From NCBI RefSeq assembly GCF_016432865.1, contig NC_067402.1, positions 219,480,001-219,544,000 of the forward strand: a stretch of 64,000 bases of DNA, in the 5' to 3' direction. Under the pieces are notes generated by a model. That model was not told where the DNA came from. It did not search any database and was given only the letters and a program-made list of their open reading frames with translations. The first letter of the stretch is position 1; each line of letters begins with the position of its first letter. Shown piece after piece: positions 13,651 to 26,100 of this stretch. Source of the DNA: Antechinus flavipes (lineage: Eukaryota). The translations under genes were made by a program, and so were the position numbers.

Positions 13651-16600
13651 GTCCTTATTGGAAGACCTCTCATTTAATAACACCTAGGGAGCAGAGGAAG
13701 CTCTCTTATTTAGTTTTCTTTTTTTTTAAGCTGCTAGGTGTGAACTTTTAAATTTTCATTTATTTAATTTATGGAATAAAACAATCATAATCATGTTCAT
13801 AATATAGTCTAATAAAAAATGATTGCACATGAAACTGGAAATCTGTTATATATAACTTGCAATTTTTTTTTTAAGGAAAAACCATAGTAATAACCTTTCC
13901 ATGTCTCTTTGATCATTGGAAAATTTAGCCCCTGAAATTTAAATTCACATCCTTCCTGCTAGAGTTAGGAACTGAGAAGGAAATTTGCAAGGTCAGTGAT
14001 TAAAATTCAATAAAGGTTTATTAAGTATCTGCTATGAACAGGGAATTGTGGTACAAACTGGGCATGCAATGACAAAAAATGAAAACAGTCCTTGTCCTTG
14101 ACCTTATAGCCTCTCCCTTTTTAAAAAAAGAATTCAATTGTTTTTATTCTGTACTTAACAAATAATAAATAAAACAAGAATTTCCATATACCTAATAGAG
14201 CAGAAAGAGAGGACAGTACATGAGACTGCAAGCCTTTATTATACAGTTTGCTTTCTTTTAAAATATATAATATATTCAACATGTGTCTTTCAAAGCTATC
14301 CAGCTTTTCTGCTCTTCTTTTGATCCTTTCTTCTACTCTCTTCTGTGCATAAAAATGAATCAATAATCCTTTCTTTCTTTCTTTTTTGGCCACTTATCTC
14401 TAGCACCCTCCTCTTCTCATTCTACTCCTAAATTGAAAGCACAAAACAAAATCCTTGTAACAATACATATAAACAACAAAGGCAAATTCCTACATTGGCT
14501 GTTTTGGAAAATGTAGAATTTATTTTGCATCTTGAATCTATCACTTCTCAGTTTAGTGGTGGGTAACATGATTCATTATGATCTTTTGGAAGCATGGTTG
14601 GTCATTGCATTGACCAGTCTTAAGAAGAATCTTAGATTCTATTTCAAAGGATAATATTTAGGACTACTTAGTCCTAACTATATTAGGACTATTTAGACCA
14701 AGTGGTTCATCCAATTCCCTTATTCTATAGATGAAAAAAATGAAGTCCAGAACGGTTAACTTATACAGGTAGCAGATAGCAGAACTAGTATGTGAAGGTA
14801 GCTCTACATGCCTAGACTCATTGGTTTTTGTTTTATTTTTTCTTACCCCATATTACCTATTCCCAGAAGTCTTTTCTCTCAAAATTCAGAACTGGATATA
14901 TACATACTTTTTAAGATAATACTGGGGAAAAAAATTCCCTTATGTACTTGCTCTATTCCTACTTTGTTTCTTTGTTCTTCTCAGGAACAGGCTCTTGTCT
15001 GTGGATCAGGAGAGACTGGCTATGATCCTCCAGGCCTTCTTCCTCCCAAGGAAGGCATCTTGGAAACACCAGCAGACTTGCAGGAAGTTTTATCCTTTGC
15101 TATGCTGAATATGGAAGGAGCCTTTGTAGAATCATAGGAACTGAATGTCTTGGCTCAGCCCCTTCATCCAGATTCCAAATATTCTGTCTAATGAGTTCCA
15201 GCTGTGTGTACAGCCCTGGCAGGCACTTCCCATACTGCTTCTAGGAAACTCGTGACTAATTAAGTGGGGAGGGGGTATTTCCCTCTCAAAAAAATAGAGG
15301 TTTCTAGGGCAACAGAGATGGCTAACAGCCATACTCAGAAAAGGAAAGCCCCTTCCAAGCTCTATTCGGTCAAAGTTCTGAGAAGAATATTAAAGAAAAG
15401 AATTATTTTCCTCCCTCACATCCAGAGTAACCCCCTAGGCTGACTCTGACTTAATGAGGGCCTGGCGTCTCATTTCCTGTGTCCTGTCTTAGGTTTTGTC
15501 CTTTCTGTAGTCAGAGATGTACAGTCTTTTTGGGGGTTGGGCCATTTCTTCCTCTGCCTCCATTGATGACTAAGACTTTCTCAACCTATTGCCAATTTTT
15601 TAAAGTAAGGACGGTTTGTCAAAGATAAAGAAAGGGGGATAAGTCAGAGGAAAGGTTTTTAGTTTCTTCTTAGCTGAGAAATCTCTGAGGAAGACATGGA
15701 TTTCACGTCGTTCCCAATCTTCTTTCGAGTTTATAAAGTTCTTTCTATCCATTATATTTTATTCTCTATAAGGTCCTATGAGGTTGGTGCAACTAGCATT
15801 TTTTTTCCATTTTACAGATGTAGAAATTAAAATTCGAGACCTTACTCATGGTCATTTAGCTAGTAAATGTGGGAGGAATGTTTTGAACTTGGATTTCTAT
15901 TGATGCAGAGAACTTTTCATGTCACCATCCTGCTTCTCATGTCTTTCTAATTACTGAAAAGTACTCTGGGAAATATAACCTTTTCCTTCTCCCCCTCCTC
16001 TTGCTATCTTGTACCCTGGGGACAGAGAAGGAAACTGGCATCACTGGGGGAATCAGGCCTTATGGAATTGTGTTGGTGGGATTTTCCGACACCCTATGAT
16101 CACATCCTCCATTCTCTGCCTTGACCCTAACCTCAATTCCTAGTCCAGATGTCAAAGTTTTGAAGGAATAAACCTGTGTCTTGTTGGCCATGGGAGACTG
16201 AGAACTAGTGTAGTATGTGGTCATAGAGAAGTGAGTCACCATGTATCCTTTAAAGGCATTTATTATTCAGTCTTTGCTGATTCCCAAACTTGAGGCAGCA
16301 AGGGATCCAAATAATCAAAAAGCACATCATGTTTGACTATTGGTGGGGGTCCTTTAACCATATGTCTCTGGTCCTTCATTGTGGTTCTCCCCTGCAGAGC
16401 CATCTGAGGGAGTCAGTACCCCATCTTGCCCTCCTGTAAGTCCCAGTCATCCTAGTCATACCCTTTATTTAATCAGTGCTCAATGGACAGATCATTTTCA
16501 ACTCATTTACATTTCCTTAATATGATTTGTCTATCTAGTCCCTAGTTGCTTTCACTGTTCCCATCTAATTCTACTTGAGGGTTAAGGTTAGGGCTCAAAG

Positions 16601-18704
16601 ACTGCTGTGTAATACTTCTAGATCAGACTACAGAGAATGATATTTAGGAAGTCAGAATGCCACTGATTCCTTCTCTCCCACCTTGTTCCCTCCTCATATT
16701 GGACAGGTTATCTTTGGGGAATGGGGCAGTATGATATGGGATTACGAGTCTCTCTTAAGGATCTCATTTGTTCTCTGTACTTTATTTTGGCCACCCCTGG
16801 GATGTGTATATTTGTGACTCAGAACATTTGTTTCTCAATTGAGTGCTGGATGCTGGGTGAGTCAAGAATACAACGATATATGCACAGGCAGATGAATCAG
16901 GACCTTCCCTTCTTCCCATTACAGGGTTCCTATTTTATGTATTTATATATCAGAACTGAGAAGAAAGGTCAGGACTAGTTACTGGTGAAAACTTTAACAA
17001 AATAACCCAATCCCTATTCCCAGGGTTTAAGATGTCTCTAGGAGGTCCCTATTGAAATAGAGAAGTTTCAGGTAGAAAGATCAGGATCAGAAGGAGGGCT
17101 TAATCTGGCTCTATGTATGCTTTGGACAAATCACTTAATTACTCCGAGTTTCAGTTCCCTTTGTAGAATTGAGTTATACAAATGTATTATCTACCTCATT
17201 AAGCTATTTAGGAGGATCAGATGAGATTATGTGAAAATAAATGTTTTAAAGGAGTCACAAGGCATCAAATTTATATAGCATCTTACTGTTGTTAATAAAA
17301 AAAATAAATTTAATCAAGGTATGCTATCATCATCATCATGATCATTATTTGATAAATTTATTAGCCTAACATTCAATGCCTTTCTTAAGTCTGCTCTTCA
17401 CTTTCCTTACTAGACAGATCTTCATTCTTCCCTTACAAAAGCTGCCTCTTTGCTTCACTCACATTGGTCTACTCATTCCTCCTTCTCCCTCCCAAATCTT
17501 TTGTACTTTATTAATTTCAAGCTGTTGTTGAGATAATGTTTTTCACATCAGAAATTTTTTACTCTTTCCTCTCCTGCTCCACATCTCCAGGCCAATTTAA
17601 TGACCATCTTCTTTCCATGAAACCTTCCCCAAACACCTCCACTTGAAGGGCTCTCCTTTCTTTCTCTTCTCTGAACTCACCATAGTTTATGTTTATTCCA
17701 ACCACTTGACACTTAGAACATATTTCTTTATAAGCTTTCCAAATGTCTTCCCTTATTTCCAGTTTATCTTACATTTTTCTTGTCAGTAGTTGTTTGTATG
17801 CTGTCTCCCCCATTAGGCTGTGAATTTCTTGAGGTCAAAGACCATCTTTTGATTCTGTTTATAACTTCAGCATTTAGCAATTTAACACAATGCCTGGCAC
17901 ATATTAGACACTTAAATGTTTATCTGATTAACTATTCATGTATGTATATCATATTCTTCCTAGTATCTTTTATTTATCCTTTATCTCTCACTTCCACCAT
18001 TTATAGTGATTTTAAGGTTTATAAAGCACTCAGTGTTTATGGTCTCATGTAATCCTTAAACTGTTCAAAAGAGGTATTGTCACTTCTCTTTTAAAGATCA
18101 ACACTCTAAAGCATAGGGAGTATAAGTAATTTGCCCATAATCTTATATCTGACAGGCATCAATCTCTGGATCCAAACCCATTTTTTTCCTAGCTCCAAGT
18201 TCAGGGACATTTTTGCCATACTAACTTATATTTGGTCCAGTGAATTAGCAGGAGTTATAACACTGAGGAATGAGGAAGTGACTCTTCCAGACATTACAAA
18301 TTACCCCAAATCAAGCACTTCAGCTACACTGTGCCTCTTAGTTATATTTTTCCTCTTACTGAACAGTTAATAGGGAGAATTAGACAGTTCCATTAATGCT
18401 AAAAGATTAAATAATCTTCATGAAGATGTCCACAAGATAGGTTGGGGTTTGGGTTAGATGGGGGTCTAACAATGACTCAACTTCAGGCAAGCCTAAACTT
18501 TTCCCTAGAGTTACCTAACCCTGATGACCAATTCAGATACTTCCCAGATTACCACCATCAGAGCAATCTTTGATCAGCTTAGATTCAGATATTTGGCTTC
18601 CTCTTTCTGACTGTATAGATGCAAGAGATCTTCGGAAAATGGCTTTTCCTGACCAGTAGGGCAAGAGTTAAAAGGAATAGTTGCAACATATCTCTTTTCT
18701 AGAC

Positions 18705-18764
18705 TGAGTCACCTCCCTGTTCTGCCCCCTTCCCCCTCCATAGTCCCAGCTAAAATATTATAAA
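18705..18764 (+). promoter_or_regulatory. MMP19 proximal promoter: AP-1 site TGAGTCA (18705-18711) and TATA box TATAAA (18759-18764); second AP-1 TGACTCA at 18473-18479
   Basis: Exact consensus motifs 140-200 nt upstream of the ATG. AP-1 about 50 nt upstream of TATA is the classic inducible MMP promoter layout. Confidence 0.8.
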
Positions 18765-18903
18765 GAGGGACTACAAGCAAAGGCGGGGGACTGAAAGTCC
18801 TGGGAGATCTCTCAGTCCCAAATTCAGCCTGTTTTTCAGGGATTTCAGCTGCAGTAGACAGACACTCTCCCTGGATTTGGTGTTCCCAGTCTGTGATAGG
18901 ATC

Positions 18904-20127
18904 ATGAAGTGGGAGCTGCTATGGCTGGAATGTCTCCTTCCCATAATGGTGGCAGGAAAGTCTGTGAAACTAGTGGATGAGGAGGAGGCTTTGGTGAGTG
19001 TTAGTTAATGGTAAGGGGAAGACCTTGGGTTTTGCAGATGGGGCAGCTTTTGCCCCAAAATTTCCATTTACTCCCTACTTCTCACCTTCTTTCTAATCTT
19101 CCCTCTTTCCACTGTTCTGTCTTCTCGCTAATCTTGATTTGCTCTTCTCTTCTTTCTTTTCTCTCCCCTTCTGCAATATAGTTTTCTCCATCTTTCCTTT
19201 TTGTTTCCCTATGGATTTTGTTTGATCAGTCAGAAGACGCCTGAGCTCTGATGCCATAAATTGAAGGAGAGGTAGAAAGATTTTCCTTAACTAGGAGTTC
19301 CCTTCACCAATAAAATTGCAGATCCATTCCTTATTGCTGTCCTTCCTAGGATTACCTTGTAAAGTATGGATACCTTCAGAAGCCTCTGGAAAGAATGACA
19401 GATGATTTTGAACCAGAAGAGGTGGCAGAAGCGATAAGGTAAGAGATAAAGAAAGGAAATGTTGGCAAAGTAGCATGTTATGATCCTCAGCTATAAAGCA
19501 CTGAGGAAGAATATTGGTGTTAAATATATGGGCAAATTATCTATTTACCTATCTATATGTAGTGTGTGTATATATATATATGTATATATGTATACTCTAC
19601 ATACCTATGTATAGATAAATAAATGATCGATAAATACATAGTGAAGAAGGAAATGGGAACAAGTATTTATTAAGAATGAAAGTGTCAGGCATTGTTCTAA
19701 GCACTTTATAGATGTTGCCTTATTTGATTTTCACAACAACTTTGTGATGTAAGATTATCCCCATTTTACAGTTGAGGTAACTGAGGCAGACAAAAATTAA
19801 GTGACTCATACTAATAAAAATTAAGATAGTAAGTGTCTGAGGCCAGATTTGCGCTCTGATCTTCCTGACTCCGGGCCAGTGCTGTATCCATGGCACACCG
19901 CCTAACTGCCAAAAGAGAGNNNNNNNNNNNNNNNNNNNNNNNNNNNNNNNNNNNNNNNNNNNNNNNNNNNNNNNNNNNNNNNNNNNNNNNNNNNNNNNNN
20001 NNNNNNNNNNNNNNNNNNNNNNNNNNNNNNNNNNNNNNNNNNNNNNNNNNNNNNNNNNNNNNNNNNNNNNNNNNNGGGGAGAGGGGAGGAGAAAGGGGGA
20101 GTGGGGAAGAGAGGGGAAGAGAGTGAC

Positions 20128-20171
<44 letters not shown>

Positions 20172-23100
20172 GGGGGAGGGAGGGATGGAAGGAGGGAGGG
20201 AGAAAGTGGAAAGGAGAGAGGGAGAGAGATACAGGTTCCTTAATGCAGCATAGTCCATTTTTTTCCTTTGATTCCATTCTGGGTTTAGCAGTGCCTGAGT
20301 TCATCCACTTTCTCCCAGTCCAGGCCAAGAAATACTCATTGACTAATCCATAGAATTAAAGATGAGGGGGAAAAAAAGCAAAACAACTTTAGAGGGGATG
20401 GAGTTCAATTCAGAACATTAACAAGTATTCCAGAGTATCAAAATCACAGTCTTTCACAGTTCAAAAGGATCTTAAGGATTATCCAGTTCAACCTCCTTCT
20501 TCATTTTTAAAGTTGAAGATATACATAATTGAAGGGCAGAAAACATGCTCTAAGGTTATCTCTGAAAGCAGCTGGTAAGATTGGAATCCATTTTCTCTGC
20601 CTCCCAACTTTTAAAAAAAAAAATCTCTGTGTTGACTCTTCAATGACCTTCAGCTACCCTGTTCCTCATCTTCTCCCCACTTCCAGTTAGACTTTGGTAG
20701 AATTCAGTTCAGGAAGTAAGGTGAGGAAGAGGAGGAAAAGAAATACAGATCTGAAGAGGAAGAGTATGATCCAGAAGAGAATGTTGCGTATGGCCGGCAA
20801 CTCTCATAGGAGAATCTTTAGAGGAGGGTTAATCTAGATCAAGGGACAAGATGAAGAGGCTATGGCTTTAGAGAAAAGAAAGTTGCTTAGACATAAAGGG
20901 GAATTTTATCCAAGTCAGAAAGAGCTGGAAATGGAGTCTATGATAGGAGACTGAACATTTCCTTTTTTTAAAGGACACAGAAAAGAATCTCTTCCTCAAC
21001 CCTCAACTATATGGACTAAAGGCAAAAACCAAAACAAAACAAAAATGCAATGATCCTCAGACTTTCTATATTGGATAACAATGTCTCAAGCAGCAAGTAG
21101 CATAATACTGTCAACCATATCATCCTCTTTACCCAAATGGGTTTCCCCTCTTTTTTTTCCCCAGGTCCTTCCAGGAAGCTTCAGAGCTGCCAGTCTCTGG
21201 GGAGTTGGATTGGGTAACAAGGGCACGAATGAGGCAGCCCCGCTGTGGTCTGGAGGATCCTTTCAACCAGAAGACCCAAAAATATTTGCTTTTAGGTGAG
21301 GGTTGAAGTTCAGAAGGGAATGTGGAAGGTAGAGTGAGGAACATTGTAAGCTATGGGATGGGGAGAGATGGACTGACCACTAAGCTTAAAATGGTTCTGA
21401 GTTGACTCTGAAAGGACACAGGGACTTGAGTTTCTCTCTCTCCATCCCTGTCTGGATTGGTAAGAACATTTGATTTCTGATTCATATCCAACCTCCCCAG
21501 GTCGTTGGAGAAAGAGGCATCTAACATTCCGTATTTTGAATTGGCCATCTACCCTCCCAGTCCACATTGCCAAGACAGCCCTGCATACTGCCTTCAGATA
21601 CTGGAGCAGGGTGGCCTCCCTGAGCTTTCGAGAGGTTCGGGCAGGCTGGGCAGATATTCGTCTCTCCTTCCATGGCCAAAACAGCGCCCATTGCTCACAA
21701 GGTTTTGATGGACCTGGTAAGTCCCTGTGACCTTTGATCTTGTCTCCTCTCATCAGCAGATTGTGAACTTGATCATCATTCTCCCTCTTCTTTATGTTCT
21801 TCAACTTTTTCCTATTAGTTCTTTCCCTGTCTTCCACCATGCCCAAATCTATCCTAGCCTTAAAAAACCTTCACTAGGCCCTACCATATCATCTAAACTA
21901 TTATCCTATATCTCTCCTCCTTTCAGTCAAATTCATAAAAAAAGCTTTCTACATTTCTTGCCTCTACTTTCTTTCCTCTCACTCTCCAAATGTTTGCATT
22001 CATCAGAAACTATTTCTCTATAGTTACCAATATTATTTACCAAATATGATGGTTTTCTTTTTTTTTTTTTAAAGTCCTCATTCTTCTCATTTTGTCTGCT
22101 CCATTTGACACTGTGGACCATTCTCTCTTCTCTGGGTTTTTGTGACATTACTTTCCACAGTTTATTGCAGTGCCTAGTATGTGAAGGTACTTGATAAATT
22201 CTCTCTCTCTCTCTTGCATTCTCTGTCTATCTGTCTGTCTGCCTCTTTCTGTCTCTGTCTCTCTCTTTCTCTGTCTCTGTCTCTTCACTCTTATTCTTGC
22301 TCTCCTGCTCTGTTTCTCTCTGCCTCCTTCTCTGTGTTCCTCTCCCTTCCAATCTCACTATCTCTTTGTCTCTGTCTCCCTCTCTTTTTAAAAATCTTTT
22401 TATTTTCAAACACATGCATAATTTTCAACGTTCACCCTTGAAAAATCTCGTGTTCCAAATTTTTTCTCCCTTCCTTCCCCCAAGTAATCCAATATATGTT
22501 AACTATGTATAGTTCTTCTATAATATTTCCATAATTATCATTCTAGACAGGAAAAATCAGATCAAAAAGGAAAAAAAGTAAGAAAAAACAAAAAGCAAAC
22601 AAACAACAAAAAGAGTGAAAATGATATCTATATTGTGATCCACACTCAGTCCCCCCAGTCCTCAATCTGGTGCAGATGGATCTCTCTCCCTCTCTTTCCT
22701 TCAGTCTCNNNNNNNNNNNNNNNNNNNNNNNNNNNNNNNNNNNNNNNNNNNNNNNNNNNNNNNNNNNNNNNNNNNNNNNNNNNNNNNNNNNNNNNNNNNN
22801 NNNNNNNNNNNNNNNNNNNNNNNNNNNNNNNNNNNNNNNNNNNNNNNNNNNNNNNNNNNNNNNNGTCTGGCTCTCCTCCTATGTCTGTTTTTTTCTCAGT
22901 ATCCTTGGCAGGACCTAGGTCACACAACTAACTAATTGGGAGTATTCTAGGTTCTGTCCAAGCTCCCTTCTTTTCTCTATTCTTAGATAGTTATCTTATC
23001 AATTTCCATGAGTTTAAGATTTCCAGATCAATAGATTCAGTTTTAGCATCCTTTTGAACTTCAGTCCCATATTACCAATGACCTATAAGACATTTCAAAC

Positions 23101-26100
23101 TAAACATGTCCCAAAAAACCTCATCTTTCCTTTCAAACATACCCCTCTTCCAAATTTCCAGTTTTTGCCAAATGTGGTGTAATAATAACAGCTAGAATTT
23201 ATTCATGTTACAAATATTACCTAATTTTATCCTCATAACAACTCTGGGAGATAACTGTTAATATTATATCCAGTTTATAGGAGATGAAAGAGGAACACAG
23301 AGGTTAAAAGGCTTGCCTGGGGTCAGGTCCTTCTCCTATTCAGTAAACTATTTTAAATGCCGTGTTATTGCCTCTAAAATAAAATATAGACTTCTTCCTT
23401 CAGGGCCTTTTAAGGGCAATTACAATCTGGCCCTATCTTTCCATATTCATTGGATACTTCTTCCTGTCTCAGTCTCCATGATCCAGCCAAATGGTCTTTG
23501 TTTCTCATACGTCATGACTTTCCCTTCTCCATTCCTTTGGATTAGCTAATCCTCCCATGTCTGGAATGCCCTCTTTTTTTACTTCTGTCTTCTAGAGATG
23601 TAGATATAGATGTAGAGACTTTTACATGAAGTCCTTCTTGATTATCAACTACTTGTGTCGTCCTTCTTGTCACCTTGTATTTATTCCTATTTATTCTGTA
23701 CATCCGTATATACATTATGTCTATATTTCTATTTTTCTCCTTGTTGTGTGCTGTTTTAGAATATAAACTGTTTGCTAGTAGGGATTGTGGTATTTATTGT
23801 ATTTATATCTCAAATAGCTGATTTTATTAAGTACCAGTTTAGTCTATGAACTCCTTACATTTGTGTGCATTGCTCCCCTCCCCCTGATTATCTCTCCCCC
23901 TTTTGACAGCTTCCTAAAGCTCCCTTGGGCTCCTTTTCTACATTCCCATTGAGTTGTCTTGTCTGCAAGCTCTTTGAAGGACTACATCTTGCCTCTTTTT
24001 TGTATTCTTGCCACTGAGCACAGTGCCCGACACATAGTAGGAACTTAATGGATAGTGAATGATTGATTGATCCTTTCTTTTCTAGACACAGGATAGCATT
24101 ATGGAACGAGTCCTACATTTGGAGTTAGAAGGGTTAGATTGGACTCTTGGCTCCCCCATGTACTACCTGTTGAGGCCTCTGGGTGGTCTTGGCCTTGAGT
24201 CAGGAAGCCCAGAGGACAAATCAGGCCTCAGGTAATGGTGGTGAGACTGAACTTCTGTTTGCCTCACACTTCCATCATCTGTAAAATGAGGGTAGTAATA
24301 ACACTTACCTTCTAGGATTGTTGTGACGATCTAATGAGATATTTTGAGTGCACTTAATAAGTACCTGGCAAATAGTAGTTGCTATATAAATACCCTACTA
24401 CCTGGACCTTTGGTTTCTTTTTCTCTGAAATGAAGAAACTGATCTGAAGGCCACATAGACTCCAGTGCCACATCCTTTGAGCCATGTCTTTCCCCCAGAG
24501 GACACTTTTGAGGTTTGGGATGGGGATGGAGATCATAAACAAGACTTGGGGGATTAACTAGAAGATCTTGAAGGGATGGAGAAATGAGAAGACTGGAGGG
24601 CAATTATATATTTAAACTCAACAGTTACTAAATTCCCCTTTCTCAATGCTCTGTGCCCAGGAAAAGTCTTAGCCCATGCTGACATCCCTGAGTCGGGCAG
24701 TGTGCACTTTGATGAATCAGAGAAATGGACAGAAGGGACCAAAATGGGGGTGAATCTTCGCATCATTGCAGCTCATGAGCTTGGCCATGCACTAGGATTA
24801 GGCCATTCCCGATACCCACAGGCTCTCATGGCACCTGTTTATTCTGGCTTCCGACCTCACTTTCAGCTTCATCCCGATGATGTGGCAGGGATTCAGGCCC
24901 TCTATGGTAAGTCTCTCCTTTTCACTCCCAAGTGTTTGCTTCTCCAAGTGTCCTACTTCAGTGAATATTCTCTTTCCTCAACCCCCCCAAATAGGACTCT
25001 TTTTTATAATGAGATGTTTCTAGGAATAACATACCTTGGCTCCCTCTTACCCAATCATTGGGATCCCCTTTCCTTTGGCTTTAACCTTGTGTCTGCAGTC
25101 TTTTAAGCCCAGTGCCCTCAATTTCCTTATTGGGAATAGAAAGTATTTTATTATTTTAGTTATTTAACTTTTTCCCACTTCCTGATATCCCAAAGTCATC
25201 AGATTTTCTTTGTTTTTGTTTCTGTTCGAAGCCAAAATGGACTTTTTATCCTTTCCCAGGATCTCTAAGCAAATGATAGGGAGAGGATCCTTAGAACTTT
25301 GTATCTCACATGTGGTATCTTAAATGCCTTTCCTCCAGCCCTGATGTGTATTTAATTTGCAGGCAAGAGGATCCCTCCCAGTGGAGAGGAGGAGGAGGAG
25401 GAGGAGGAGAGGAAGGGAATGAAGTTTCCATTGTAACCCCAGGGCCCACAGTGCCTGGAACTAGGCCTGACCCCTGCAGTGGAGAGCTGGATGCCATGAT
25501 GCTAGGTAAGCTCCTCCCCCCTTGAGGATAGAGTTCAGTAAAATGGCTCAGACCATTTATCCCTAAGGACTGGAAAAATGGGAATGATTCAGGGCTGCCT
25601 TGGAAGGTAGAACTCCATACCTCTAGAATGAACACATGTGGAAAGGGTGGGGGAGGGAGTGTTCTGACTTGTGATTTCATCTGTGTATGGGATTTCTGGT
25701 GTGAAAATTCTCTTTACTGCTACAGATCTGTTCAAATGTAACTTATTGTGCCAGAGAGGCCTGGACATTGATAAATGAAATGATTTGCAGAATATGTGTC
25801 CAAGCATTGCAGAATATGGTCTTGCCAGGCTCCAGGGTTTCCTGGCTCTGAGGCTGGCAGCCTTTTCATTATCTACAGACTGTCTCTCACTTGTTTTGAA
25901 ATAAACTTTGAACTTCAGATAGGGTGTGTGTGTGTTTGTGTATGTGTGTGTGTGGACTGGACCTGGCTTTGCTTTTTCACTTTCACCCATCATCCCTTCT
26001 TCAGGCCCTTATGGAAAGACATATGCCTTCAAAGGAGACTACGTATGGACGGTGACTGGTTCCAGACTGGGGCCCCTTTTCCATGTGGCAACTTTATGGA

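Noticed and set aside
19720-20353. ORFs spanning N runs (also 22635-22931 and 53245-53482)
   Set aside because: Artefacts of gaps and microsatellites.
21501-21520. Possible furin site RWRKR at the start of the MMP19 catalytic domain
   Set aside because: P4 is Trp, so it does not fit R-X-K/R-R; the motif is just the conserved WRK(K/R) start of the catalytic domain.
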